A DNA stretch of 64,000 nt from assembly GCA_002633005.1 (NCBI GenBank), contig NMRA01000238.1:1-64000 (forward strand). Reading direction: 5' to 3'. The notes beneath the pieces were generated by a model. It worked only from the letters and a program-made list of their open reading frames with translations, did no database searches and was not told the DNA's origin. This DNA is from Phoronis australis. Lineage: Eukaryota; Animalia; Phoronida. The position numbers and the translations under genes are program-made. This document shows, in pieces, positions 13,034 through 28,000 of this stretch; the first letter of the stretch is position 1, and the number at the start of each line of letters is the position of its first letter.

Positions 13034-16000
13034 CTAAAGAGAGAAATTATTTGTAAAACATAAATAATTGATGAACAACTAACATACTAACTGTATAGGG
13101 ACATGCTGGATAATATCTAAGATTAAGCCAAATGTTTTTTTAAGTGCATGAAGACATGATCTTCTTTTCAGCAGCATTTCCATTATTATTACATAATATT
13201 ACATAAAGATTATGTTGGACCATGCATGTGTATTTAAACAAATATCTATAAAACTATAGACATTAACTTTGAATTCAAAGTAGACTTCAATTTTTAACTT
13301 CATAACAATCCGTCAGGAATAGGGTCACAGCATGAATTTTTAGTAAAATTCAGCAAAAAGAAATGTACGTTCACAGCAAAACAATGGCATCCATAACTTG
13401 ACCAAATTTCACTTGATATGAATGTTCAGTCGAGCTGAAATCTCAAAAATATTATTCACTTTACAGATCTGCATAATGATGCTAAAACTCCTATTCTTTG
13501 GTAGACACTCGTGCTAAAGCTTAACATTTTAAAGACAATTCCTAACAGTGTTCTGGAGTGAAGTGTATGTTAAAGTTTCATATGAATCTTAGCAGCAATT
13601 TCTGAGACATTCCGGTATAGCGAAACTTGAACATTGTTCTAGGATCTCATGCAACCTTAACATGTGCGCACCCGTCCAGGGGAAGGGGGGGCCAGGAGGT
13701 TGGGGGCGTCCTCAGTGAGCCCACCCCCCATTTAGCGAAGTGGGGGAAAAGGTCTGCCTCAGAAAAACAATAACTCTGAAAAAATGTAGAAAACTAGACA
13801 AAAGTCCACAAAAAAGTCAAGAACTACCAAAATTCGGCGAATGCACAATTCATACTTCTGCGGAACATACCCCATGAATCTTAGTAAAAGGTCCACATTC
13901 TCAAAAATTTAAGCGCCCACTTTTAGGCTGAGTGCATGCATGCTTAATGTACAACATCTGAGGTATTCAACATATTGAAAACACTGATCAATGTGCAGTG
14001 CATCACCTTTCCACTTAAATTACCTTGAGGATAACAAACAAAAACGACAACTATTACACTAGGATGGACAAGAAAACAAGTTATATCTCAGACCAATCCA
14101 GACTACACAAGCTGTGCCAAGAAGGGCTGACCACACACGATATTACATACAACAAGCATGCATCCAGTATTTAAACCTTTCACTGATGATAAAATCCAAA
14201 AATGAAAACAATATCAACCAAACATGATGGAGGAGGTACTGACCTTCTTCAGCGCCCTCTAGTTGACACGAGAAGGTGGCCATGCTTCCTTCCTTTATGT
14301 TTTGTGAGACAGGAAACGTTACCACTGCTGGACCACTGTCTGGCTCATCAGATACTAAAAACAGATCAAATTGACATAGTGGAGAAGCTGATATTAGTAC
14401 TGTTGAAGAGTGACAAAGTAAATCTGTATACCACTTTTTGGCCTATGTCACAGATTTTACATAGCAACAATTCCCAGAGCCCTAAAATATCAAGAAAATA
14501 CATCATGTACAATTATATGTAGTTAATTTGTCACAATGACAGGAAAACCTCCCAATCAGTTGAGTACCCTTTGCCAGGTGCATTTGTATTCAATGAATGC
14601 TAGTAACTAGCAAAGCCTGTTTATACACAGATTTTCGACATCTTGAGGTTCATTTTCCACTACAGTGCGCAAAACAAAAAAACATTATCCTTAGACAAGA
14701 AGATATTAAATTGTTCAGAAGCACTCCTGTTTTTTAATCTAACTCAACTTCATTACCGCTGCAGTCATGAAAAAATGTTTGTGTTTTTTGGCAGTAACTG
14801 AAGCCTGAAGTCATATTAACTTACTTTTTTTCTTGACCATATATAATTCAATACATTTTGTACATTTTTGTCATGTGTTGCCAAATTGTTTATGTTAATT
14901 GTACTCGTCAATAACAGATATTTATTCAAAGAAAAAAACCCCGTGGATTTGAAGTCAGAGCATTTTAAATCTTCTGAGGTAAATATTGTTCTGCTCCATG
15001 TGATGTATGTCAAGTCGTGCCATTAACAATGCCTTTTCGTTTGCTGCCTGTGAACTACCTCAGCCTACAGTGTCCTTGAGGTCAGTCATCTTACAGTGGC
15101 ACAAATGAAATTTATGCGGCCTGATTTGAAAGTTGCATCAATTGTAAAGCATTTCATATTTGTTTTCTAAAACTTGACACTGAAGTGCCAATAAAGTACA
15201 ACATGGTGTTTACGAAGTTGTATCTTTTTAACGAACCAGATATTTTCCATGACATAAAAGTTCTATGTGACTTAGAAAACTGACATTTTGTAAAATTAAA
15301 AATATTCAAGTATCCCACAGGAAACTAGGTCGCAAGCTAGTTGTAAAGATATCGGTAGATTGACGTAGGTTGACATATCTATTGCTCACTTAGATTTTCT
15401 ATCTCATTAATGGTAAGCATTTATCAGTAACCGGCTGATGTGCACCCAAAGTACGATATCCGTGAGACCTGCATTGTTATTATCCAACAAAGACGCAACA
15501 AAGGAAAACAATGGTAGCGTCCCATAGGCGATAACCCAGCGCATAGATCTCGCGAGTAAAATAATAGCTTGCAACCTCCATACGACATCATTTGGCATAG
15601 GATGTAGAGCAGCAATTAAAATATCGACCATTACGTATCTATAAATGATTAAAATTGAACCCCCATCTTTGAACACTCACTCAACCAAAACCAATCCAGT
15701 TATTAAGCAGATGTTGAGAGTCATTCTTCTACTTATCTACACACGTATTCAGCAACTTTTTGCAGCACAGAAATTTATTTTTTCCCATACTTTTTTCAAT
15801 AGCACACTTTAGTGGAGATTGAGCCTTGAACTATAGATTAGCACATGACTTTCGTACAATCCTTCATAACTTTAGCACATTATTTATTTATTAAAACTAC
15901 TTTTAATTGGAACTTGCACGCTTATCTCTGCAATTACTTGGTCAAATTAGTTAGAAACACAACACATAGCGACGGCATGGATATGAAGTACGTTGAAAAT

Positions 16001-19000
16001 TGCCACGTGGTTTAAGAACAAATTTTGTGTTGAAAATGATCCCCCGTAAATCACTCATTACAACCGTATCCAGTAAGTATCGTGACGTAGTGTTTGGGAA
16101 TAACACTGCATGATGCAGGCCATGTGAGCCCCCAAGGTATGTCAATAGTGCAAAGGTCACCTATTCGGAGAATCTTTTGTTTTCACATTACAAGTTGACA
16201 CTGCAGTTTGTTTAGCGTAGATAATGTTCAAATAGCATTGTCATTTAGCTACATTACCATAGTAAGGAGCATGTAAATTCATCTTTAAAGACAGGGTAAC
16301 TGCTTTACTGAATCCACCGATTCCCAAGTAGGCCCAGTCGGAAATAGTAGCATAACGTTAATACACAAAGACAATGTGTACAATTTAATTACAAAGAGTG
16401 TTAAAATAAATAAAGTACTGCACATAACATATGACGTAAATAAATAAGTTATCAAGAAGATGCCAAGTATTCATGGAAATTTCAACACATGCTAAGTGGA
16501 TTAATAACAAAAATGTCTTGTCACTACCTTTAACAATAACTGTGCAACTGGACACCGCTTCTCCGACAGCATTGAATGCTTCACAGCTGTACACTCCGGC
16601 ATCTTCAGGGAACACTTCAGCTAGGCTCAGCCTATATACATCCCCGTCATTTTCGTATCTGAACTCATCTGAATGCTTGATTTCTTTGCCGTTGTGTAAC
16701 CAGACAACCTCAGGAGCTGGTTCGCCTGCAAGAGAAATCTCTGTGTCAGCACAGTTTCACAATGTAAGCATTTTTACAAATTTGCAAATTTTAAACTTTT
16801 TGAGACAACCAATGGATGGAAAATATTCAATCAGTTAAGAGTGTTTATTATATTTCAGTCCAACCATTCTTTAATCATTAGGCAAATTTTATACAAACAA
16901 GATTTACATGCAAGTGGACAAGAAAGCGCGCACTGTTCGCTCCAGAGTATCCAGCAAACTCCTCAGCACATCAAAGGCTTCATGGCACCATCACAGATTG
17001 AAGTGAGCTAATTGTCAATAATGAGCCTGGCTGAATGTGTATTGAATGAAGATAATTGCAGTCACAAACCAAAGACCACAATCACTGTTTTTAAAATTAA
17101 AAAGTAAACATTGAACATCTTCCGATGTTTAAATTTACAACATAATAAGAGAAATTAGCGAATAGGTAACCTTCAGCAGTGCAGGTAACTCGTGCGGATT
17201 AATTTGTGAATTGATTAGGACAGGTAAGTCACAGTCAGGTTTAAGCTCACTTAGACGTTGAAGTAACAAAACCTCAACTGTTGGCGTAGGAGTTGCCTCC
17301 TGTTTAAAAATGTTTTTTGAAAGTGCTGTTTTGAATTAGCTTTCAGTGGAACACCACTGATCGGACACCTCACTAGTTTTCATACTGTCATTTCTTATCA
17401 CAACATAATTGTTGCACAAACTAAGAAGCACAAAAAACATTCAATTACAAATGATTCCCTTTATTTCAAAGTAATTATTTACCCGAGATGCGACAGTCAA
17501 GGGTTAGCGGATCTCCATCATTGGCTATCTTTCCAGAAAGATGGCTTTTGAAAGTGGGTGCTATCTCGGTGCTGGTAACTGCAGCTACAACGCCTACAGG
17601 AGACAAAGCAAAGTAGATATTGAGAAAGCACACAAAAATCAGTTCATTAATAACACTTTCCTCTTAAAAGGATACCAAACCTGGTTTTGGCCTATTAACA
17701 GATACCGGCTAAAAACGACTTTCCCATTCAATTCTCTGAAACAAAGTAATCCTCGACAACCTTTTAAAGTTCGGAGGAAAATTTCAAAATTCCTTACGAC
17801 ATCTACTAAACGGGCCAACGTGACCTACCTTTTTAGTGAATAACAAGGCAACTGGTGGAAAAGACCACCCACCAAGGACCACAATACCTAATTTGTGAGG
17901 CAGAGTGTATGAGGTTTTAGTCGATTCCTTCCTTTAACTTTCAAGGTTGACGCCAGTGATGCACTAGCAGGTGACAGAACGAGGATTGGTTGAAATCAAA
18001 ACAGGGTTTAGTATCCTTTTAATAAAAAAATTCACCCAAATAATGCCTTCTTTCTCAACAAATCAGCAAAATATTTGAGATTACGCAAAAGAACTGTTGA
18101 CGTTCTCAATCTAGTGATATCTTTTACTGTTGAAACTATGTCTTAATCTTTAACCAGACTATAGTTTAGAGTTCAAAAGTCTTAACTCTTCACATGTTTC
18201 AATTTGTTCACAACACAAACTTAGCGTCTCACTCTTTACTTTCACGTCACTTCAATGCAAGGCAGGATTCATGGGTGTCTTAGATCTTCAATGACCAACT
18301 TACCCAATTTTACCTGCAACCATTTTCTACAGACACGTTTCACATCAAAGGAAGCTGATTTTCCATTGATACACCTGCCCACTTCCGTGATTTTTAAAAC
18401 CCTTTTGCACTTCAAAGCAATTGGATTCTCAATTGGCAAACATGTCTAACGCACACACATTTTATTACCGAATGGTAAACTCACTTTTGACTTGAAGAGA
18501 GGCAGTAGACTTAGCCGTTCCAGCTGAGTTGGACGCTTGACACGTGTATTCACCAGAGTCTTCAGCCAACACCTCATCAATAGTCAATGTGCAAACACCA
18601 CGTCGACAAGTAGTCTTCACCAAGGGATCCCAATCAATATTCTAAAAGTTGGCCATTAGAGAAATTGACATTTCGTTAGTTACTGAGTAATTAAGGTTTG
18701 AAAAGTTTCAATCCACATTAAAAATGAATGGGAACATTGACACTTAAGAAACCAGCACTTTTTTCAAAATTCAAATCATTACTAAGAAGGCTGTTTGAAA
18801 CAATGATATTGCTTCTGATTTCAATAATATTCAATAGTCTGTTTTTACCATTGCAGAATATCAATGGAATACAGTTGGCAATAAATAAGTTGGCATTAAA
18901 GCAGCTTTAAGCCCACCTTCTGTCACCAAAATCAACTTTCGAACGCTAATAAAATTGGACTCAAATTTGTCCTTAGTCAAAATGGAGGCGATTTTCTGGT

Positions 19001-22000
19001 TTTATAAAGAACTAACAGTTTATTACTGCTAAAGACAACAGGGTGCGCAAGTGTCACAGCGTGTCATCATTTTACTGGCACAGCATGAAAGTCAGTTTCT
19101 TGGAAGGAATGTGAATTTATATAAAAAAAATCTTCATTGGAATTGTGGTGATGATGGTGTACCTGTCCATTTCTGAACCACTGGACCTTCGGGTCAGGCT
19201 TGCCAGTGATCTTGCAAGTGAAATTCAGACACTCCCCCTCTGTGAGACTGACAGGCTCCAGATTAGTGATGAACTGGGGTGGTGCTGCCACCTCTTGTGG
19301 AGAAGATCGCCCTATGGTTTGCAAAAAGACATTCTGTTATTCAATCTGATGTGGTGATGTATGATAAAACGAAGATTAATGGCACTTACAATACTATTGA
19401 CACAATTCTTAGACATGGTAGCAGGAGTTTTAAGTGTAGACAGACTTGGAATATCAGAAATCCACATCTTGAATTTCTGAATATCTGATAAAATAAGCGA
19501 AGTAGGCGTTACTATAAGATATACACGACACTGGCAAGATTAAGACATAAGCTATGACCTACAGCAAGAAAGAACAGTGCCATGCAAGTGTAGAAAAGGG
19601 TGCAAAATATGCATCTCAAATGACCTATAGTTGAGATTAGGAGAATAGGTACATGCAGAGCAGGAAATTCATTTTAGCCTTGGTCAAGTCAAATACCCAG
19701 TCCTCTTGACATTTTCTGTTGTACTGAGCTTGAGATGAGAGATTTGATCTTACGCTAAAGCACAACACTAATAAATAATTCAAGTTCTCTGCCGAACTAC
19801 TTTAGACTTGAAACGACAAGAGTTGGCCAATTATGTGTTCATCTGACCAAACTTCAGAATGCAATACCTGTACACAATATTGTATGTACATCAGTGAACA
19901 CACTACAGCATGTGCCATGTGTACAAAATCAAAGTATCGCGACTAGTCAACATAATGTACACAATAGACAGTCTCCAAGTAGCCACCAGCACACAATGGG
20001 ACAGTCAAAATTCCTGAGTGCATCAACATTTGGGTCAATACAACACATCTAATTTACTGAAAGTAATTTCAACAGACTTAACTGTCACTTGGATGTCCAC
20101 TGTATTGAGTGGACAACTGCCTAATCAAATCAGTGATAACAGTGTTAGGTGTAGGCCCAGATTTCCCCCAAGAGTGCATCACAGAAATTTTGCTCTATGG
20201 AGTAGGTTACAGAAAATATCAGAGGTTGGTAGTTCATGAGAGACCTAATACAAGTGAGAATTCAAGTGGAACCCCCATTAACTTTGTGAACTGAAGGGCA
20301 AGTTTCAATTGCCCATTCCCTGCCAATACCATAATAGAGACCCTCCTGGCTGGGCAGTCAACAGGTACATAGTTTTAGGACAAGAGAATGTGTCATTTAA
20401 GGATTACATAGATCACTAGGGGCCCAAGCAGCTGAACTGAAATCAATTGGCTATTATGTTCATATTGGCAGTCTCCAACATCCAATTTTTACCTGTACTG
20501 TGTTCCTCATGCGGAGAACTGAAAATTGGATTGTAACACCCGAGAACCAACTGAGGGCACTATTTAAGATAAGTTTAGTCAAACTGAAGTACAGTAACAA
20601 TCAACCTGTATCAGCAATATTTGCTCATTTCAGTCATATTACAAAAGTTTCAACTGTACTTTGTACAAGTAGATTAGGTTACAGCGAACTTCAGTTCCAA
20701 TGAACAAAAGTTTTAGAAAGATTCTAGTGGAGGGTTTGCTGTTCTGCAGTTACTGTACGAAACACCATCTATCTCCATAAGCCGTCAGACAAAACAAAAT
20801 TTGTCCACAAGGGTTGGAAATCGAGAGGAGAAACTTCACAGTTCAAAGAAACCCATGGGATGCTGTGAGGAAAATTTGCATGAAAGGAGTTGTTAGCAGG
20901 GTGGAAGAAGAGTTTGGATCCAAATCACATGTGCAACATGTAAACACAAGCTTTGAATTTTGTTATGCTTACCTCAGGGATATATATCCCAACTGGAAAT
21001 GACCCGACGTGGTTACTGTTGAGGCTACTAGTGCAGACAGGGAGCACAAACGCACGTTTCCCTATCATTCATTGCAAGAAATAGTTGTGATTTTTTATTC
21101 AATACCAAGGTCTATCAACGAAGAGCACCACTCGTCCAGAGGCAAAATGTGATACAGAAAACAATAGAATGACCAGGACATTTCACATCAAAAGTATTAC
21201 TCAATTCCTTACAGACAATAGGGGTCACCGTAGCTGGGTCGTCGATGCAGAGATAAAGAAATATAAATGGCTTGAACGAGGTACAAAGTAGAGTGGACTG
21301 ATTTTCAACCTCTCACATACACGGGGTCACACACTCTTCAAATTGTCTTGCCGTTTGCCTCAAATTTGAAACATGCCAACAGGTGCCGCCGAGGCTTGAG
21401 AAAGTAAGTAGTTACTGAAGAAACGTTGCTTTCATTTCTTAAGTAAGTCCAGGAAACAATTATATTTTTTTCCTCACCATATTCAGTATACGTGATTGCA
21501 ATCAGTGTGTCTGACCCATCACCTTTAGCCTCTCTGATGAATACTTCTGGCTAAGATACCATGACCTCACGACCATTTCACTTTTCCCAGAATAGTCGCT
21601 AGCAATGGGCTTCCAAGCAGCAACATAAACACAATCTAGCTGCACTTCGATTCAGTTTTATTAAGAACCATGGAAACAACAAGTTTGTCATGACAGCCCA
21701 CATATAAGCTGCAGTCTGTTCCAGTACACAAGAATTATCTCAGATAACTGGGAATAAAAATACAACAAAGATAAATGTCATCAACCAACAAAACCCAAAT
21801 AAATAAATGTTGTAATAGCCTAATTGTTTTGTCTACTTAAATCATGCGAAAAGTCAAAGATTTCCGTTAATTTCTTGCAGTGTGTGAACATGAGTATTAC
21901 CAACGAACAGGAAATAACAACATAAATGGCATAGCACCACCACTAAGAACATTGATACAATGTAATACACAACCACTGATACTTCTGTGTCTATAACAGG

Positions 22001-25000
22001 TTGTGATAACTTTCTAAATACTGTAATATTGACCAAGCTAGTCGTGGAATATCACTTTTCATAAAACCTGCCCGGACGTTAGAGGTTGCTCAGTGTTAGC
22101 CATCTGACCAATCAGACGTCACATAGAAATTAAAAACCCCAACTACAATGCGAGCAGAAACCAGGACATGAATGTATGCGAAAACATGCTTATCTAATGA
22201 GACATGGAAAAATCGGAGCTAAAAGTTACCAGTGTTTTTTGTAATAAAGTAAATATCGACCGATCCCTCGGGCATATAAGGTCATATCACTCTCAGGATC
22301 AGTTGATTATTGTATAATACCATACAAATACCCAAATCCCGATCAAAAACGGACATGCCAAAATGGATCGGTATTACCATAGAAAAATTCTGCGAATTAC
22401 ATTCAGTTTTGCGCATTTTTGACGGTCATGTTTTGAGAACATGACACACACATACAAAACTGTGGTCATAACATGGATAGTGAAAAAGTATGAATATCCA
22501 TCACTCATACTCCCCATCAGTTCTAACAGCTCAAAATCAAATGAACATTTTTATCCAAAATAAGAGATATCCAAGTCACTTATTCAGATGACCAAGACAA
22601 ATAAAGCATATGTTAAAATAAGAAGACAACAAATCAGTCGTCAAATGTATGACATCTCGACAAAAGGACCTCATTTACAAATCCACTGGTAAAAAACAAA
22701 ATGTTTACCAAACACAATGACCTCAGATCAAAATTACCAATTAGCAATACGCTCTACATAGAGTGTGTGGGCATGCTCAGTGACAAAAATACAAAGCAGT
22801 AACGGACAAAATGTATAGTCGTGCAGTAATATAACAGTTTATAGTGTAACTGACGCAGCCTGCAAATTTACCATGCTCATTCGCATAAACTCTTCATGAG
22901 AGCAACGTCTGAAAAGAAGTTCTGTTTTCCAAACTACAACATGTCCACATGCGTAGATAACAGAGAAGCAAGCTACTGCTGTCTCGCTTTATCTAGTTCT
23001 GTCTCAGCAACTGTTAGATAAAATGAAAGACTATACACTACAGCGTGTGCATGATGGTTCCAACATCAGATCAGATTTCCCCGATGATGCAAGTTTGTAA
23101 ATATTGACTAAATGGCACAACACTGCCTCTCAATACCACTAGTGACATCTAGACAGCAGAGTATGAAGTTATACTATTGATATCATTTCTCAGACTTGTC
23201 CAGGGCGTAAAAACATCAACCATCTTGTCACTTCTATTTTATTAGCGCACTGATACTCAAGCCATGCAACAGCACATTTGTTTTTCTGGCATTGCATTTA
23301 AAATAGACGCAGAGCCAAAGACACGCATATCAAGCAGATGTTGTGGCCTATCTTGTGGTAGTACTTAAGGCTAGCATACTAAATAAACAACAAGAACACG
23401 TAATGTCTCTACAAGCAAAGCAAGCAGATCTAAAATTCTTTGAGTGTGGTGCTACTCTGTACTGATGATTTAACTACGCGGCGAGAGCTGCCAGAAGACG
23501 AAGAAGACATTGTCGTACTTTCCATTCGTCGGCTAGTTCTTGTGGATGACGATGATTCATAGACATCAGCGCCACCTCTTGTTGAGCGGCTGGTGCGAGA
23601 TTCTGTGACTGAGCTGTAAGATGAATCACCAGCTCCTGTGCCACCCCTCCTGTTGGAACTGCTGCTATAGCTGCTTGTAGTGGTGGAGGCTCCGCCTCTC
23701 AGCTTCCGTTTCCATGGTTTCTCTGAAAGATTGACAGATTGTTAGAACTCGAAGAAGGGTTGGTAGCAACACACTGATTATAAGTATAAATATCAACCTG
23801 AAATCAATCAAGTATTGTCAGAGAAACAACTGACAGAGCCATGAGATTAGTTGCAAAACACAAACATTTCTGTAGGACCCTACAAAATTCCAAATTTGGC
23901 TAACTTTGAATCATCTCAAGAACGGTTTATCATAATCACACAACACTTACAGACACTATGCTTGATGCGCTGTTCTCTGAAACATTGTTATGTTTTTAAA
24001 ATGTTTGCATTAAACAAAAAGAAAATGATGATTTAGAAAACTTTAACGGCATTTTTGAAATTTTATCATTTATATAAAACATATCAAATTAAATTCGTTC
24101 ATGTTGTTTTGCTGCCATGTAATATACCTTTCTTTTTGCTTCACCTAATAATAAAACGACACGGCATGACTCAATTAATGGCAAAGTGGTAAAAAGTCAA
24201 AAATTAAATTCTATAGGCTTTCTGCTATTAAAAATGTATATTTTTCAGAGTTAAACATCTATGATTTTAATTTAGATATTCTGCTAAATTCCCAGACTTA
24301 TCAATATGGTAACGCACAACCTTAAGATTACGAAACATAAATCAAACCATTAACAGTTTATTGTAACATATTTAAGCAGGGTCATCATAATTACTTTACA
24401 ACTCACCGTTAACATTATTATTATCTTACAACTCACCGTTAAGTTTACCATTACTTCATTACTCGTCGTCAACAATCATAACTTTATAACTCACCATCAA
24501 CATTATCATTATTTATAACTCACAATTACAACTCACCATTGACCTCGACTGTGCAGACACATTCGATAGAGCCCTTGGAGTTGGTGGCGACACACTTGTA
24601 TTTCCCAGCATCCTCCACCTCAGCACCAATCACTTCTAGTGAGGCCACGCGGTGTGTAAAGCTGCACTTGTGATGATTACTGGCAGTTACATCACGGCCA
24701 TTATGGAACCACTTGATCTGCAGACAAAACAAGAGTGAAAATGTTCCAGGTTATATTTACGGTAGTACACACACAAACTATAACAAATATAGAATACCCC
24801 ACTAATAGAAACTCCACTGGCACCAACAACGCGACTGCCCACTGGCATTAATGACCCAATTGTCCATTGGCACCAAATCCAATTGCCCTCAAGTTAACAA
24901 GGGTACATTCTTCACTTCCTAGTAAAAGACATTCCAATGGTCTATTGTGCTATGTTCATTGATAAGGAAACAAACTTTCATAGCCGCCCTCTATTGAAAA

Positions 25001-28000
25001 ATAACCGTTAGACCACACACTAATATGAAATTCATTTCAAACTGTGATGTCTGGGTCAGGGAAGAACCTAGACTGCATGGTTGCTCGACACTGATCTCAA
25101 AAGTTTAGTCTGACCCGGGTGGTCAGTTTACCTGGGAAGCATGGTCTTGGTCAACCATTAACTACCAGTTCTTCTCAAGTCAGAAGTCACTTGAAATTTC
25201 AGCAAGTTCAAACCACTGTCTTTTCAGTGGAATGGTTCATAGCAGGTTGAATTCCAAGATCCTATTGTGACGTACCTCAGGTGGTGGACTGCACTCAATT
25301 GTACAGGTCAACTTGAAGTCCTGACCCTCCTGGATAAAGCGCGAGCGCAGGGGGAAGGTGAAGTCTGGTAGGCATGGGGGTGGAGGTACATAGTCCTCTA
25401 CCTCGGGAAGGGCACGTCTGCAGAAAGACAAGATGGAGATCCATCACACACCGTGTCAAGTCTATCTCCGATATCACCAAAAGGATAAAATCTTAACAAA
25501 CTAATTTACTATTGAGTAAGATTGTTTTTGTAGCTGCAGGACAGGAGCAACATATTGCTGTAAGTTGATAGAAACAAGAGATGACAAGTTCACGTTTTCA
25601 CAGCAATTATGGCTCACAATAAAATTGTCAATTTGGATCTACGTATTGTCAGACTTCACTTGGAACACCAATATGACTAGCTCTGATACAGGAGCATTTG
25701 ATTAAAAAATGAGTGGATAACTTGTAACATGTTTCAAACTAAATCAAACTAAAATGTTTGTGTCAATATTTATAAAATATCTAGAACACACTCTACAGGG
25801 CACTTATACATATATCTTATCTTATACATAAATCATATACAGAGTGTCGAAAAAATGTAGTCAATCATCAGTGAATCACTTGGCAATAACTGCACCATTC
25901 TTTGGCTTAGGAACAAGATTCCTAGCTTCAAAAACCAGGTGACCAAAATACATACATTATCTTTAAAATAGTCCTTCCAGTTCATTCAGACTTTTAAGTT
26001 TCCAAAAGTATTGCGCAATATATTTTTGTTCTCCAAAGCCCAGTTGTTTGTTTGTCACTTAGCTCACACGACAGCTTTGACTCACAGAGAGGTTTAACCT
26101 TACAGTAGGCTACGGGAACTCCCAGCTTTGTATTACAGTGTGAGTACATTTTGGGACACCCTGTATACTTGTAATTCACAATGACCATGCTCAAAATCAC
26201 AAACATTTAGCAAACTGACTGCTTTTAGGCATCTAACATATTTTCAGAAAATTGAACATGAGAGCAATGCAGAGCGCTGATATGCACCCACCACTGCAAA
26301 CAATAAAGAATTATTTTGACAATAGTCAGATCCATCTGAAAAGCCACAAATGCGTTCTACTCTTTAAGAACACAGGTCAGACTTCATGAAGATCCATCAA
26401 AGAACTGAGTAGATATCAATGTACACGCAATGGCAATTTGCAGTAAGGGGCTTCACAAAAATCTGATAAATCCAATAAACACCAGCTATGAACACACATT
26501 AGAAATTCGGCCCATTTCATGGCATCTTGTACTTTGTCAACAGATTTATACAAGAGCCACTGTTGTCAAGACGCCTGTTTATCAAGAGCCCTGATCTCAC
26601 GTCCTACTGAATGGAGCAGACCAATACCCGCATTAGTGATGACTTCATGGCAATAAAACGTTGGACTAAAATGAATTTATATATCACGGACTAAAACTGA
26701 TTTTTCAAAATATTTGGTTTCTGACCTTGACTTCCTCATGAAAAGTTAGGTTAGGACCATTTTTACCAAAATAAAATCTAAAATGGATGTGTCAATTTTC
26801 AGTTCTGTGGTACCAGTTGTAGTAACTCTTTGAACTGCAATAAATAATTGGCGAGTCGCAACGCTGGACAAAAAAATATGAGAATGCTTACCAATAGACT
26901 AGTTCAAAATCTGACAACCGCCATCAACTGGAGTTGAATATTTTTTTGTAAGATACAGCCGGGTTTCACGAAGATTCATCTAAGACATTGGTAGATGTTG
27001 AAGGAAACACAAAGAAAACTCAAATAGTAACAAGAAGCAGCACACAAGTCAGATAAGATCAAAAACAACACCTGCCTTTATCACACAAGCCAAACTTCAT
27101 GAAGATCTATCAAGAAGTTTTGAAATATTGAGACAGGATGATAAAAAAATTGCCACTATGGGGCACCAAAGTAGTTGAATCTCTGAAAAAAACAGTGTCA
27201 GCCAAGGTATACACCATAGGATCAAATATCCCAGATTTCAAAAAGATCCACCAAAGAAGTAGGAGAAACTTATTTGTCAAATTTGACAAAGGTCTATCAA
27301 TGAACTTGGTAGATATTGAGGCATATGCAAAGAAAACAAACTGCCAAAGAGGGAAGCCAATAATGCTGGCACCTTACAAACTACATAATTCTGCAATCAA
27401 GTTTCAGCAAAATTAGTCGAGACAATCTGCCTTAAGTTGAAAGAAAAGACATGTTCTGCATCGATTTTTGAGATAATCGATGGACAAGCAAAACAACGAC
27501 GGACAGAGCTACTATGCAAAGGATCCTGTCTATATGCAGCCACAAAGTATTTTGGGGATGCATAAAAACAACAACTGAGTATGAGTAGTATAACAGAGAG
27601 ATATTACCAGAGATAACTGCCAAAGCTGCTATACAGAACACGTGACGAAAGTATGAAAGCCATGACAAAAGACAGTGAACAGAATAGAGTCCTGCAAAAT
27701 CAGCACCAGTTTGGTACAAAATTCACATTGAAATAAAGCGAGCCAAATGATACAAGACAAGAAAGGCCAGTGATATTAAACACTGCAAATTAAATTTAGG
27801 TATTGATAGAATATCAAATAAAATTATAGTGTTTGCATACGTAAAGAATTGATAAAGCAACAAACTGCCATGCAAGGGACAACAAACCTTGGGGTACGTC
27901 TGTTATGAAAGAAAAAAAGGAAATTACATACACGGTAGATGAACAGGTAAAACGCAGCAAGTTCAATGTCTACATAATATTTGCAGGAAGTTACACACAA

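Noticed and set aside
17165-17300. Possible extra Ig exon (SARVTCTAEG on the - strand)
   Set aside because: In-frame stop just upstream and no acceptor; exon 17483-17593 already supplies this half-domain.
20973-21027. AG...GTAAGC-bounded segment between the alternative terminal exon and the next Ig exon
   Set aside because: 52 or 55 nt breaks the phase and the peptide has no recognisable features.
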